From Bacteroidota bacterium (GTDB lineage: Bacteria; Bacteroidota; Bacteroidia; Bacteroidales; FEN-979): 64,000 nt of DNA. The DNA lies in the NCBI GenBank assembly GCA_016868575.1, contig VGGL01000004.1, forward strand, positions 3,062 through 67,061. The letters run 5' to 3'. Positions 37,291-46,073 of this stretch are shown here, one piece after another. Both the position numbers and the translations under genes were made by a program. The first letter of the stretch is position 1. Each line of letters begins with the position of its first letter. The notes beneath the pieces were generated by a model. The model was not told the origin of the DNA. It did no database searches and saw only the letters and a program-made list of their open reading frames with translations.

Positions 37291-37689
37291 ATGATAAAAT
37301 GCATGCTGGGTTTGATGGTCCTGGTTTTAACAGGAGGACGTATAGTAGCCGCATCACTTCCGGATGATATGGATAAACAAATTACCGCAGCTATTTCAGC
37401 AGGTGACGCCCGGTCGCTGTCAGGTTTTTTAAATAACCGTCTGGACTTGAGCCTGTTGGGAGAGGAGGAAACAGTGAGCAAGGCCCAGGCTGAGCAGATG
37501 CTCATTGCTTTCTTCAAGAGCAACCCGATTAAAACCTACAAGGTAATCAAATCAGGTACTTCGGTGGATGGCTCAAGGTTTAGCATCGGAGAGCTGAAAA
37601 CGGAGACCCAGACTCTTCGGGTCTACTTCCTGATGAAGAAGTCAGGAGATTCCTACCTTATATATCAGTTCTCCATCGAAGCGACCTAG
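37291..37689 (+). CDS. Small secreted protein, DUF4783-like
   Basis: I place the start at ATG 37291 (MIKCMLGLMVLVLTGG, a signal peptide), giving 132 aa. The track start at 37120 overlaps rlmH. The family assignment is from memory of the pattern ...SKAQAEQMLIAFFKSNP...RVYFLMKK.... Confidence 0.6.
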   Translation: MIKCMLGLMVLVLTGGRIVAASLPDDMDKQITAAISAGDARSLSGFLNNRLDLSLLGEEETVSKAQAEQMLIAFFKSNPIKTYKVIKSGTSVDGSRFSIGELKTETQTLRVYFLMKKSGDSYLIYQFSIEAT

Positions 37690-37694
37690 ATATC

Positions 37695-38534
37695 ATGGAT
37701 ATTGAAGCTATTGTCAGAGAAGCGATCCGCGAGGATCTGGGAGAAGGTGATCATACTTCGCTGGCCACCATTCCGGAGGATGCTACCGGCCGTTCGGTAC
37801 TGCTGGTTAAAGAAGCAGGGGTACTGGCCGGGTTGCCTGTGGCATTAAAGGTTTTTGAAATCATTGACCCGACCCTTACGGTGGAAGTGCTGATCTCCGA
37901 CGGGCAAAAAGTCATACCCGGTGACCGGGTGTTTATTGTCAGTGGAAAGGTCAGGTCTATCCTGGCGGCAGAACGGACCGCCCTGAATCTCATGCAACGC
38001 CTCAGTGGTATTGCCACACAAACCCGCCGGATCACCGAAAGACTTCAAGGCCTGAAAACAAAAGTCCTGGATACCCGTAAAACCACCCCGCTGTTGCGTG
38101 AACTTGAGAAATATGCCGTCAGGATCGGAGGTGGTGAAAACCACCGGTTTGGACTGTACGACATGATCATGATCAAGGACAACCACGTCGATTTTTGCGG
38201 CGGCATATGCCAGGCCATTGATGCTACACAACAATACCTGGAAACAAACCAACTGTCCCGGAAAATCGAAATCGAAGTACGCAATGATAAGGAACTGGGC
38301 GAGGTGTTGGCCAGGGGTCATGTTGACCGGATCATACTCGACAACTTCTCCCCGGAGCAATTGCGCAGGGCGGTAGAAATGATCGGAAGCCGGTTTGAAA
38401 CAGAAGCCTCCGGCGGGATCACCATCGACAATATCCGGCAATATGCAGAAACCGGGGTCGATTTCATCTCCGTGGGCGCGCTGACCCATCACATCAAGAG
38501 CCTTGACATGAGTTTGAAGGCCATCAAAGATTAA
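37695..38534 (+). CDS. nadC: Nicotinate-nucleotide diphosphorylase (carboxylating) / quinolinate phosphoribosyltransferase
   Basis: 279 aa. Strings AERTALNLMQRLSGIAT, LDTRKTTPLLRELEKYAVRIGGGENHRFGLYDMIMIKDNH and EASGGIT. Confidence 0.9.
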   Translation: MDIEAIVREAIREDLGEGDHTSLATIPEDATGRSVLLVKEAGVLAGLPVALKVFEIIDPTLTVEVLISDGQKVIPGDRVFIVSGKVRSILAAERTALNLMQRLSGIATQTRRITERLQGLKTKVLDTRKTTPLLRELEKYAVRIGGGENHRFGLYDMIMIKDNHVDFCGGICQAIDATQQYLETNQLSRKIEIEVRNDKELGEVLARGHVDRIILDNFSPEQLRRAVEMIGSRFETEASGGITIDNIRQYAETGVDFISVGALTHHIKSLDMSLKAIKD

Positions 38535-38548
38535 CTGCTTTTCCTCCG

Positions 38549-39721
38549 ATGAACATTCTGATGCTGCTTGAAACCGACTTTCCGCCCGATGCCCGGGTTG
38601 AAAATGAGGCAACGTCCCTGGCAGAAGCTGGTCACACCGTGCATATTGCCTGCTGGACGCGGAAAGGAAGAAAGGTGGAAGACCGTTTCGGGGATGTGTA
38701 TATTCACCGTAAACCCATTTCACCCCTTCGCTACAAAAGCGCGATCGGAGCACTTACGGTGCCATACTACTTTAACTTCTGGAAAGATCACGCCGGGAAA
38801 ATCATGCAATCATTTCCCATCGATGCCATTCACATCCATGATTTACCTTTGGCACTCGTTGGAATAGAGATCAAACGGAAGCATCACATTCCCCTGGTCA
38901 TTGACCTCCACGAAAACTATCCGGCATTGCTCGATCTTTCAACCCATACCAAAAAGACGCTGGGGAAGCTTTTCTTTTCGCGGCGCAGATGGGAACAGTA
39001 CGAAGCAAAGGTCTTAAAGGAAGCGGATCAGCTCATCGTCGTGGTGGATGAAGCCCGGGAGCGGTTGATTTCCATGGGCATTCCGGCCGAAAAGATTCAG
39101 GTGGTTTCAAACACCATCAATCTGTCAGGGTTGGATTTTCCTGAAACTTATATTCCAAACATAGAGAAAGTATTGTTCTATGCTGGAGGGATCAATGAAC
39201 ACAGGGGTTTGCAGGTGGTTGTCAAAGCCATCGGGATGCTGAAACAAAAGGGTCTCCGGGTTCATTTCCAGGTAATAGGGGAGGGTAGTTACCGGCAGAA
39301 CCTCGAAGCCCTTGCAGCCGCTTTAGGGGTTACCGACCTTATTCATTTTACAGGCTACAAGCCCTTCCGGGAGATGCTGGAAATCCTGAAAACTGCGGAT
39401 GCAGCCATTATCCCGCATGTAAAATCAGATCATACCGATGCCACGATCCCACATAAGCTGTTTCAGTACATGTATGCCGGCAAGCCGGTGATCGCATCCA
39501 ACTGCGCACCCATCGAACGGATCATCCGGGAGACCGGAACAGGTTATATTTACCGGCATGATGACCCTGCAGATCTCGGAAATATCCTTGAAAACGCTCT
39601 TTTGGGACAAACAAACATGGATGAGATCAGGATTCGCGGCAGAAAAGCGGTAACAGAAAAATATCATTGGGGGGTGGATGGAAACATCTTATTAAACATG
39701 TATCGAGGCTTCGCAGGATGA
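38549..39721 (+). CDS. Glycosyltransferase, GT4-like (GT-B fold)
   Basis: 390 aa with the C-terminal half pattern VLFYAGGINEHRGL...IGEGSYRQNLE...IHFTGY...IPHKLFQYMYAGKPVIASN (EX7E-type region). Confidence 0.8.
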   Translation: MNILMLLETDFPPDARVENEATSLAEAGHTVHIACWTRKGRKVEDRFGDVYIHRKPISPLRYKSAIGALTVPYYFNFWKDHAGKIMQSFPIDAIHIHDLPLALVGIEIKRKHHIPLVIDLHENYPALLDLSTHTKKTLGKLFFSRRRWEQYEAKVLKEADQLIVVVDEARERLISMGIPAEKIQVVSNTINLSGLDFPETYIPNIEKVLFYAGGINEHRGLQVVVKAIGMLKQKGLRVHFQVIGEGSYRQNLEALAAALGVTDLIHFTGYKPFREMLEILKTADAAIIPHVKSDHTDATIPHKLFQYMYAGKPVIASNCAPIERIIRETGTGYIYRHDDPADLGNILENALLGQTNMDEIRIRGRKAVTEKYHWGVDGNILLNMYRGFAG

Positions 39722-40515
39722 CTAACAGGCAAATGGATAATGAACGGATATATGAGCATTGTGACTGGGAGAATCTTACCAGGGATGCGTTAAGTGAGAA
39801 AATCATCCATATCTTCAATTTGATACCGGATGATGTAAATTCAATCATTGATGTTGGATGTGGCAATGGAGTTATTACGAATGAACTTTCCAGGAAATTT
39901 GAAATCGTTGGAGTTGACCGAAGTGAGAAAGCCCTTTCCTATGTAAAAACAGCAAAACTCCTTTCTGACTCCAATGCTATTCCTTTGCCGGATCAATCGT
40001 TTGATATGGTGTTTTCAAGCGAGCTATTGGAGCATCTGGAAGAAGAATCACTTAAAAAGACCATCACGGAATTAAAACGGCTGACAAGGAAATATCTGTT
40101 GGTTACAGTCCCTAATGCCGAAAATCCTGATAAACTGATGATTCAATGCCCGGCATGTCATTTCATCTTTAACCGGCCCAATCACCTCCGGTCATTCAGA
40201 TTATCAGATTTTAAATCCCTATTTGGGGAATTTGAAATCCTTAAACATGAGCTATTTGGGAAACGCGTCCGTTATTACAACCCGAAGCTACTGGAATGGA
40301 AAAGAAGATTTTCCCCATCCCATGCCTGGATACCTTCCTATTGGATACCAGCCGAACAGAGAGAAGCACTGTGTCCAAGATGTGAACATATCTTCTCTTA
40401 TCCCTACAGGTTTCATCTTTTGTCATTCCTTTTTGATGTGTTCAATGTCCTCATCTCCCCCAAAAAACCATATTGGCTGTTTGTGTTGATGGAAAAGAAA
40501 GATCTCGATGTTTAA
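39718..40515 (+). CDS. Class I SAM-dependent methyltransferase
   Basis: I place the start at ATG 39718, forming an ATGA overlap with the GT4 stop. SAM motif I reads IIDVGCGNGVIT, and a CxxC...CxxC pair is present (CPACHF...CPRCEH). Confidence 0.75.
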   Translation: MTNRQMDNERIYEHCDWENLTRDALSEKIIHIFNLIPDDVNSIIDVGCGNGVITNELSRKFEIVGVDRSEKALSYVKTAKLLSDSNAIPLPDQSFDMVFSSELLEHLEEESLKKTITELKRLTRKYLLVTVPNAENPDKLMIQCPACHFIFNRPNHLRSFRLSDFKSLFGEFEILKHELFGKRVRYYNPKLLEWKRRFSPSHAWIPSYWIPAEQREALCPRCEHIFSYPYRFHLLSFLFDVFNVLISPKKPYWLFVLMEKKDLDV

Positions 40516-42001
40516 AGACCTCAAATACTCGACCAGGCATATTATCATCTACGGAATTGGCAACATGTTGTCCAAGCTGGTTGGGCTGGTTTTGTTGCCA
40601 TTGTATACCAGCCACCTGACGACCGGTGAGTACGGGATGCTGGGATACCTGGAGGTGACAAGCCAGTTTCTGATTGCCATCCTGGCTTTTAGCCTTCCTA
40701 CTGCGCTGCTTCGCTGGTGTGCCGCAGAGAAAGATCCCACCCGGCAACGATCGATCATCTTTACCACCCTCTCATCGTCCATTGTGTTCCTGGTGATGGT
40801 CAATGCGCTCCTGATCCCGTTTTCCGGCACTTTTTCCAACTGGGCATTCGACAGCATCAACTTTAGAAGTTACTTTACCATCCTGTTCCTGAGCATGTCG
40901 TTTGATATCCTCAACCAGATCTGTTTCAGCCTGATCCGTTTCAAGGAGCGTTCTTTCCTTTATATCACCGTGAGCACGTCCAAGTTTGCGGCCATCCTGC
41001 TGATGAATATCTACTTTGTAGCCTACCTGAACATGGGAGTCAAGGGGATCATCCTCAGCCAGTTGATCGGCAACATCACCCTGCTGGTCTTTTCCATCCC
41101 GTTTCTGGTACGCCACATGTATCCGTCGTTTAGCTTTCGTATTTTGCGGGAGATGATGAAGTATGGCGTCCCGCTGATCTTCACAACCCTCTCTACCCTT
41201 GTTTTGACGATGAGCGACCGGTACCTGATAGAGTATTTCCTGGATTTCTCTGCCTTAGGGATCTACTCGCTTGGCTACAAGATGGGCGGAGTGATCAATG
41301 TCTTCATTATCCAGTCGTTCCAGCTTGGATTCTTGCCCATTGCTTATAAAATGTATGAACGGGAAGATCATGGACGTTTTTTTCCAAAGGTGTTCACCTA
41401 TTTTACCCTGTCGCTCGTCGTGGCTGCCCTGGGACTGTCGTTGTTCAGCCGTGAGTTTATCGTCATGTTTTCTTACACCAATCGAGATTTCTGGGCTGCC
41501 TACACCGTCGTTCCCCTTATCTCGCTAAGCTTTGTCTTCAAAGGGATGCAATACTATTTTTCGCTCGGGCTCCATTATGTCAAGAAAACCCACTACAATG
41601 TACTTATCGTGCTTGTATGCGCCGCGGTGAGTGTAGGCCTGAATTTCCTGCTGATACCCTGGCTGGGAATTCTGGGCGCTGCGGTGACCATCAACCTGGC
41701 AACAATCATTATGGCAATACTCTATTTGCATTATTCACAGAAACAATTTTTTATTCGTTACGAAACCCGGAAAATAATTTTGCTGATCGTATTATCCGTC
41801 GTATTATTCTTGATTTCGATGCTTACCTATTCGCTTCATAAGTACCTGGCCATGGGCATCAAAACGATACTCTTCCTCTCTTTCCCCTTCCTGCTTTACC
41901 TGTTCAGGTTCTATGAACCTGTTGAACTTCAGCGGATACATGAGATATGGGTCAGGTGGCGGGATCCGCGTAAATGGACGTCCAATCTGAAAAAAGCATA
42001 A
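40508..42001 (+). CDS. Polysaccharide/oligosaccharide flippase (Wzx-like, MOP superfamily)
   Basis: 497 aa with about 12-14 hydrophobic helices. N-terminus YGIGNMLSKLVGLVLLPLYT is typical of this family. Confidence 0.75.
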   Translation: MFKDLKYSTRHIIIYGIGNMLSKLVGLVLLPLYTSHLTTGEYGMLGYLEVTSQFLIAILAFSLPTALLRWCAAEKDPTRQRSIIFTTLSSSIVFLVMVNALLIPFSGTFSNWAFDSINFRSYFTILFLSMSFDILNQICFSLIRFKERSFLYITVSTSKFAAILLMNIYFVAYLNMGVKGIILSQLIGNITLLVFSIPFLVRHMYPSFSFRILREMMKYGVPLIFTTLSTLVLTMSDRYLIEYFLDFSALGIYSLGYKMGGVINVFIIQSFQLGFLPIAYKMYEREDHGRFFPKVFTYFTLSLVVAALGLSLFSREFIVMFSYTNRDFWAAYTVVPLISLSFVFKGMQYYFSLGLHYVKKTHYNVLIVLVCAAVSVGLNFLLIPWLGILGAAVTINLATIIMAILYLHYSQKQFFIRYETRKIILLIVLSVVLFLISMLTYSLHKYLAMGIKTILFLSFPFLLYLFRFYEPVELQRIHEIWVRWRDPRKWTSNLKKA

Positions 42002-42023
42002 ATTTGCACTCATTACGCAAAGT

Positions 42024-43007
42024 ATGGGAAGCGGAAAGATCAATGTTTGTTTTATTGGCGCCGGTGCGATCTCTACATCGCTGGGTAACCTGCTGGCCGA
42101 TAAGAAAGATCTGGATGTCAGACTGTTATCTATTGAACCCGATGTAGTTAAGTCCATTTCCAAAGCCCATTTCAATAACAAATACTTTCCTGGGATTCAA
42201 TTAAACCCAAGGTTGAAAGCGAGTCTCGATCCAGAGATCCTGGTAAAGGCGGATGTGGTTTTCATTGCCATTCCTTCAGCTTCGGTGGCGATGTACCTCA
42301 AGGAGATCAGTCAGTTCATCCCTGCTCAGGCCATCATTATCAACCTGGCCAAAGGCTTTGGCTGCAACAAGATGATCATCACCGACTGCATCAGACAGCT
42401 TTTACCCAATCCGGTGTGTTCCCTCAAGGGTCCAACGTTCGCCAGAGATATCATCCGCGGGATCCCGTCAGGGATGACGCTGGCATCGGAAAAGCCGGAA
42501 GTGAAGGAAATCATCCGCAACTTATTCTCTTACACACCTGTACGACTCGATTATTCGGAAGATATCCGTGGCGTGGAACTGATCAGCATCCTAAAAAACA
42601 TCTATGCCATCTCCATCGGTATTCTGGATGCACACTATGATACGCCAAACCTGAGATACTTAGCACTGACAAGGACTTTCAATGAAATGCGTGAACTGTT
42701 GATCTTCGGCGGTGGACAAGAGCAAACCATCTTCCGGTATTGCGGATTCGGCGATTTCACCCTCACGGCCCTGAATGACCTGAGCAGAAACAGGACACTT
42801 GGCCTGTTGATCGGGAAAGGATTTTTCACTGAAAATATCTCTCAGCAAATGGTGCTGGAAGGAAAGATCGCCATCAATATCTTCTGTCAGGAGATCATCA
42901 ACACCGCTGAAAACCCCGATAAATTCCCAATTATGGCCGAACTGAGCAAAGTTTTCTCCCCTGGTTATAAGATGTCCGGATTCCTCGATGTGCTGGTCAA
43001 CGGCTGA
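42024..43007 (+). CDS. gpsA: NAD(P)H-dependent glycerol-3-phosphate dehydrogenase-like protein
   Basis: 327 aa. Rossmann N-terminus VCFIGAGAISTSLG, plus IAIPS, LKGPTFARDI, and SRNRTLGLLIGKG near the C-terminus. It is divergent from the canonical GpsA. Confidence 0.7.
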   Translation: MGSGKINVCFIGAGAISTSLGNLLADKKDLDVRLLSIEPDVVKSISKAHFNNKYFPGIQLNPRLKASLDPEILVKADVVFIAIPSASVAMYLKEISQFIPAQAIIINLAKGFGCNKMIITDCIRQLLPNPVCSLKGPTFARDIIRGIPSGMTLASEKPEVKEIIRNLFSYTPVRLDYSEDIRGVELISILKNIYAISIGILDAHYDTPNLRYLALTRTFNEMRELLIFGGGQEQTIFRYCGFGDFTLTALNDLSRNRTLGLLIGKGFFTENISQQMVLEGKIAINIFCQEIINTAENPDKFPIMAELSKVFSPGYKMSGFLDVLVNG

Positions 43008-43146
43008 GGACGAACCTGAAATGAGTGCCTGAAACATAAGATTCAAATCTGACTCCATTAATCATTATTCTGTATACTCAACCTTTATCCTTCGATTTTC
43101 GAAATATTTGAACCTCTCCATCCGTTTTCTTAACAATTATTTAATA

Positions 43147-43154
43147 TACCTTTG
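43147..43154 (+). promoter_or_regulatory. Bacteroidota -7 box (TAnnTTTG)
   Basis: TACCTTTG, 20 nt upstream of the ATG at 43174. Confidence 0.5.
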
Positions 43155-43173
43155 CAGGGAAATCGCTGAAAAT

Positions 43174-43581
43174 ATGCATTTACGCCGCTTTTTATTCCTC
43201 CTCATCATTGCTGTTGCGCTTACTACCTGGTCCTGTGAAAAGGAAGAAGGAGAGGGGGGCAACTCATCCATCACCGGAAAGGTTTGGATACGTGAATATG
43301 ATCTTTCTTTCACCTACCTCATTTCATCCTATTGGGGTAGTGATGAAGATATCTACATCATCTATGGTGATGATATTTCATATGGGAACCGGATCAAAAC
43401 CGGACCCGATGGAGAATTCGAATTCAAGTACCTCCGTCCCGGAAATTACCGGTTGTACGTTTATTCGAAAGACTCGACATTCACTTCCGGCTCAGGGAAG
43501 ATTGCTGTTTATAAAGATGTGGAGATCACAAGCCGGAAACAGGTTGTTGATGCCGGCGTACTATCTATTCTCAAGAACTAA
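43174..43581 (+). CDS. Small lipoprotein with a carboxypeptidase-regulatory-like beta-sandwich domain
   Basis: I place the start at ATG 43174 (MHLRRFLFLLIIAVALTTWSC, a lipobox). Strings ITGKVW...GPDGEFEFKYLRPGNYRLYVYS are typical of the CarboxypepD_reg fold. Confidence 0.6.
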   Translation: MHLRRFLFLLIIAVALTTWSCEKEEGEGGNSSITGKVWIREYDLSFTYLISSYWGSDEDIYIIYGDDISYGNRIKTGPDGEFEFKYLRPGNYRLYVYSKDSTFTSGSGKIAVYKDVEITSRKQVVDAGVLSILKN

Positions 43582-44374
43582 ACGCACGCCGAAAAGGTTG
43601 GAACAAATCCTGAAAATACTGGAAGACTTTACACCAATCTTTCTGAAAGAGATGGATGGGGTGAAACTGATGGAGCGGAGAGATATCAAGTATATCTTCC
43701 GGGAGGATCAATTACCGTCTTTGCTACATGCACTGATGGATGGCTACCGTGTGCTGGAAGTGAACGGAAAAAGAGCAAACCGTTACCAGACCTTGTATTT
43801 CGACACCCCCGACTTTTTTCTGTACCACCAGCACCACAACAAACGGGTGAACCGTTTCAAGGTCAGGATGCGGAAATATGTCGAATCAAACCATGTGTTT
43901 TTTGAGATAAAATTCAAGAATAACCATGGAAAGGTGATCAAGGATCGAATCGTACAACATGAAATAGAAGAACGTATCGACGATGATGCCGAAACCTTCC
44001 TGATCAGAAAAACACCGCTGGCCGCTGAATCACTCGAAGCTAAATTCTGGGTCAACTATTCCCGTATTACCCTGGTCAATAAGTCACAACCCGAGCGAGT
44101 GACCATTGATGTAGGATTGAATTATGTCAATGGAACCAAGCAAAAAGCGTATGATGGAATGGTCATCGCAGAGGTAAAACAGGCATCCATGATGTTATCC
44201 CCTTTCATGCAACTGATGAAGAACCAAAAAATCCGTCGCGCATCAATCAGCAAATATTGCCTGGGTGTGATGAGTCTGGTGGATGACATCAAATCAAACC
44301 GGTTTAAACCCAAGTTGTTGTATTTAAATAAGATCCTTTATGCTGCTGCTGGAAATTGCCAACAAAGCCGCTGA
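43550..44374 (+). CDS. VTC-domain (triphosphate tunnel metalloenzyme, polyphosphate-polymerase-like) protein
   Basis: About 274 aa from ATG 43550; the start is uncertain. Alternating charged beta-strand motifs are typical of the Vtc4-like tunnel: ERRDIKY, RYQTLYFDTPDF, RFKVRMRKY, FFEIKFK, ERVTIDV, IAEVKQ and ISKYC. Confidence 0.7.
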   Translation: MPAYYLFSRTKRTPKRLEQILKILEDFTPIFLKEMDGVKLMERRDIKYIFREDQLPSLLHALMDGYRVLEVNGKRANRYQTLYFDTPDFFLYHQHHNKRVNRFKVRMRKYVESNHVFFEIKFKNNHGKVIKDRIVQHEIEERIDDDAETFLIRKTPLAAESLEAKFWVNYSRITLVNKSQPERVTIDVGLNYVNGTKQKAYDGMVIAEVKQASMMLSPFMQLMKNQKIRRASISKYCLGVMSLVDDIKSNRFKPKLLYLNKILYAAAGNCQQSR

Positions 44375-44963
44375 ATCAAGTGGTATTCAATTATTTGAAA
44401 AATTGTCGGAGAAATTTTTTCTCCGGTTGCTGATCGATTTCATCTCTGTATTCATCCTGATCCGGCTGATCTATTATCCTACCCACCGGAACCGGGAGTT
44501 TTTCTTCACCTTCTTCATGTTTAACCTGGTAATCTTCCTGATCACCTTCTTGCTGAACAAGGTGGAGATGTCGCTGGGAGCTGCATTTGGACTTTTTGCC
44601 GTATTCACCATGCTCCGGTATCGCACCGAAGGGATCTCCATGAACGACATGACCTATCTTTTTACGGTCATCGCCATCGGATTGATCAATGCCGTGAGCA
44701 AAGGGAGCTGGGATGAACTGATCCTGCTTAACCTGATCATCCTGATTTTTACCTTCTTCCTCGACAGCCGTTTCTTCATGAAAAAAGAGGTTTCCAAGAA
44801 AATCCATTACGATAACCTCGAAATGATCAAGCCTGAACGGCGGGAAGAACTGATCAAGGAGTTGGAAGGTCAGACCGGTTTTTCCATCCACCGCATCAGC
44901 ATTGAAAGGGTCGATTTACTAACCGATTCTGCCGATCTCCGGATCTATTATTTTGAAAAGTAA
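44340..44963 (+). CDS. Polytopic inner-membrane protein, DUF4956-like
   Basis: 207 aa with about 5 hydrophobic helices, then a soluble C-terminal roughly 60 aa. The string FAVFTMLRYRTE matches my memory of DUF4956. It overlaps the VTC gene by 35 nt. Confidence 0.65.
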   Translation: MLLLEIANKAAESSGIQLFEKLSEKFFLRLLIDFISVFILIRLIYYPTHRNREFFFTFFMFNLVIFLITFLLNKVEMSLGAAFGLFAVFTMLRYRTEGISMNDMTYLFTVIAIGLINAVSKGSWDELILLNLIILIFTFFLDSRFFMKKEVSKKIHYDNLEMIKPERREELIKELEGQTGFSIHRISIERVDLLTDSADLRIYYFEK

Positions 44964-45642
44964 ATTCCCATATCCGGTAATTCTGTTCATTTTAACGTCT
45001 CCCCTGTTGTTCAACAGCGGGGTAGCCCAGGTGAACGATGCCGGACTGTGGCTGGATGTGACCCTTGAAAAACAGGTAACCCAAAGGATCGATTTCATTC
45101 TAACTGAGGAACTGCGGTTCAACGAGAATGTCACAGAACTTGGATCATTCTACACGGAAGCCGGTTTTGAATACAAGTACAAGTTCCTGAAAGGGTTGAA
45201 AACAGGTCTGTTTTACCGTTTTGCGAACAAACGGCGGTTGGACGATTCCTACAGCAAGATCCACCGGGCATATGGCGATATTGCTTACCGTTATGAATTC
45301 ACGAAAAAGCTGGATGGGTCCATCAGGCTGCGCCTGCAAAGCCAGTTCAAGGATTTTTCAAGCAGTGAAACGGGGAAAATACCAATCACTTATTTGAGAG
45401 GGAAACTTGGCTTCAGATATGCGATCAACAAGCGATTCCGACCTTATCTTGAGGGAGAGTTGTGGTATGCCCTGTATGCCAATGAACGGCAATTTGATAA
45501 CCTCCGCACCTCGGCAGGAACCTACATCCGGATCAACCGTATCCATGGCCTGGACATTGGATTCATCTACCAGAAAGAATTCAATGTCAATAATCCGGTA
45601 ACCGATATCATCGGCTACCTGGGCTATAAAATATCCTTCTGA
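44953..45642 (+). CDS. Outer-membrane beta-barrel-like protein, DUF2490-like
   Basis: 229 aa with a TTG start and a signal peptide (ILFILTSPLLFNSGVAQ). It has an alternating-hydrophobic strand pattern and a C-terminal aromatic signature YLGYKISF. It overlaps the previous gene by 11 nt. Confidence 0.6.
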   Translation: MKSKFPYPVILFILTSPLLFNSGVAQVNDAGLWLDVTLEKQVTQRIDFILTEELRFNENVTELGSFYTEAGFEYKYKFLKGLKTGLFYRFANKRRLDDSYSKIHRAYGDIAYRYEFTKKLDGSIRLRLQSQFKDFSSSETGKIPITYLRGKLGFRYAINKRFRPYLEGELWYALYANERQFDNLRTSAGTYIRINRIHGLDIGFIYQKEFNVNNPVTDIIGYLGYKISF

Positions 45643-45655
45643 CCTATATTATGCG

Positions 45656-45663
45656 TATCTTTG
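45656..45663 (+). promoter_or_regulatory. Bacteroidota -7 box (TAnnTTTG) for ssrA
   Basis: TATCTTTG, 20 nt upstream of the tmRNA 5' end. Confidence 0.5.
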
Positions 45664-45682
45664 CAGCCTGATTACAATTCAC

Positions 45683-46050
45683 GGGGCTGACAGGATTTGA
45701 CAGCAGAACGGTGGATTTGTAAGCATGCCGGGCGTTGGGAACAGGTCCCGTAAAAAGCCAATTCTCATAGCCAATAACTGGCGACAACTATTCTTATAGA
45801 CCGGCTGCCTAATTCAAGGAATTAGCAGTTGTCTGTCCTCCGGGAAGCCTCTCCTTACGGCGTTCCGATCAGGGCATCAAAAAGGTAGGGATAGTTCTTT
45901 CACGTCCCGCTGAAAGAGCGAAACAACTGGGACTACGGAATGAATAGGCCGGCCGGGTGCCGGTTCATCCCCGACAATCAAACCGGGCTAAGCATGTAGA
46001 AAGCAATTTTGCTGTCTGTTTGGACGAGGGTTCGAATCCCTCCAGCTCCA
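45683..46050 (+). ncRNA. ssrA: tmRNA (transfer-messenger RNA)
   Basis: The 5' end GGGGCTGACAGGATTTGACAGC pairs with the 3' end ...GGACGAGGGTTCGAATCCCTCCAGCTCCA (tRNA-Ala-like acceptor and T-arm). An internal tag reading frame GGC GAC AAC TAT TCT TAT AGA CCG GCT GCC TAA lies at 45780-45812. Confidence 0.9.
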
Positions 46051-46073
46051 CGAGGCCATTTACGAAGAACGAT

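Noticed and set aside
34997-38753. Long antisense ORFs 34997..35653(+), 36006..36626(+) and 37845..38753(-)
   Set aside because: Each lies opposite a strongly supported gene (DUF58, moxR, nadC/GT4). 37845..38753 even spans an intergenic junction. None has a recognisable motif.
43208-43549. A 342-nt open upstream extension of the VTC ORF overlapping the lipoprotein gene in another frame, possibly a frameshift fusion
   Set aside because: The extension translates to unstructured sequence with no similarity to the VTC family, whose conserved N-terminal region starts after 43550. I saw no slippery site. The VTC start remains uncertain (43550 versus 43652).
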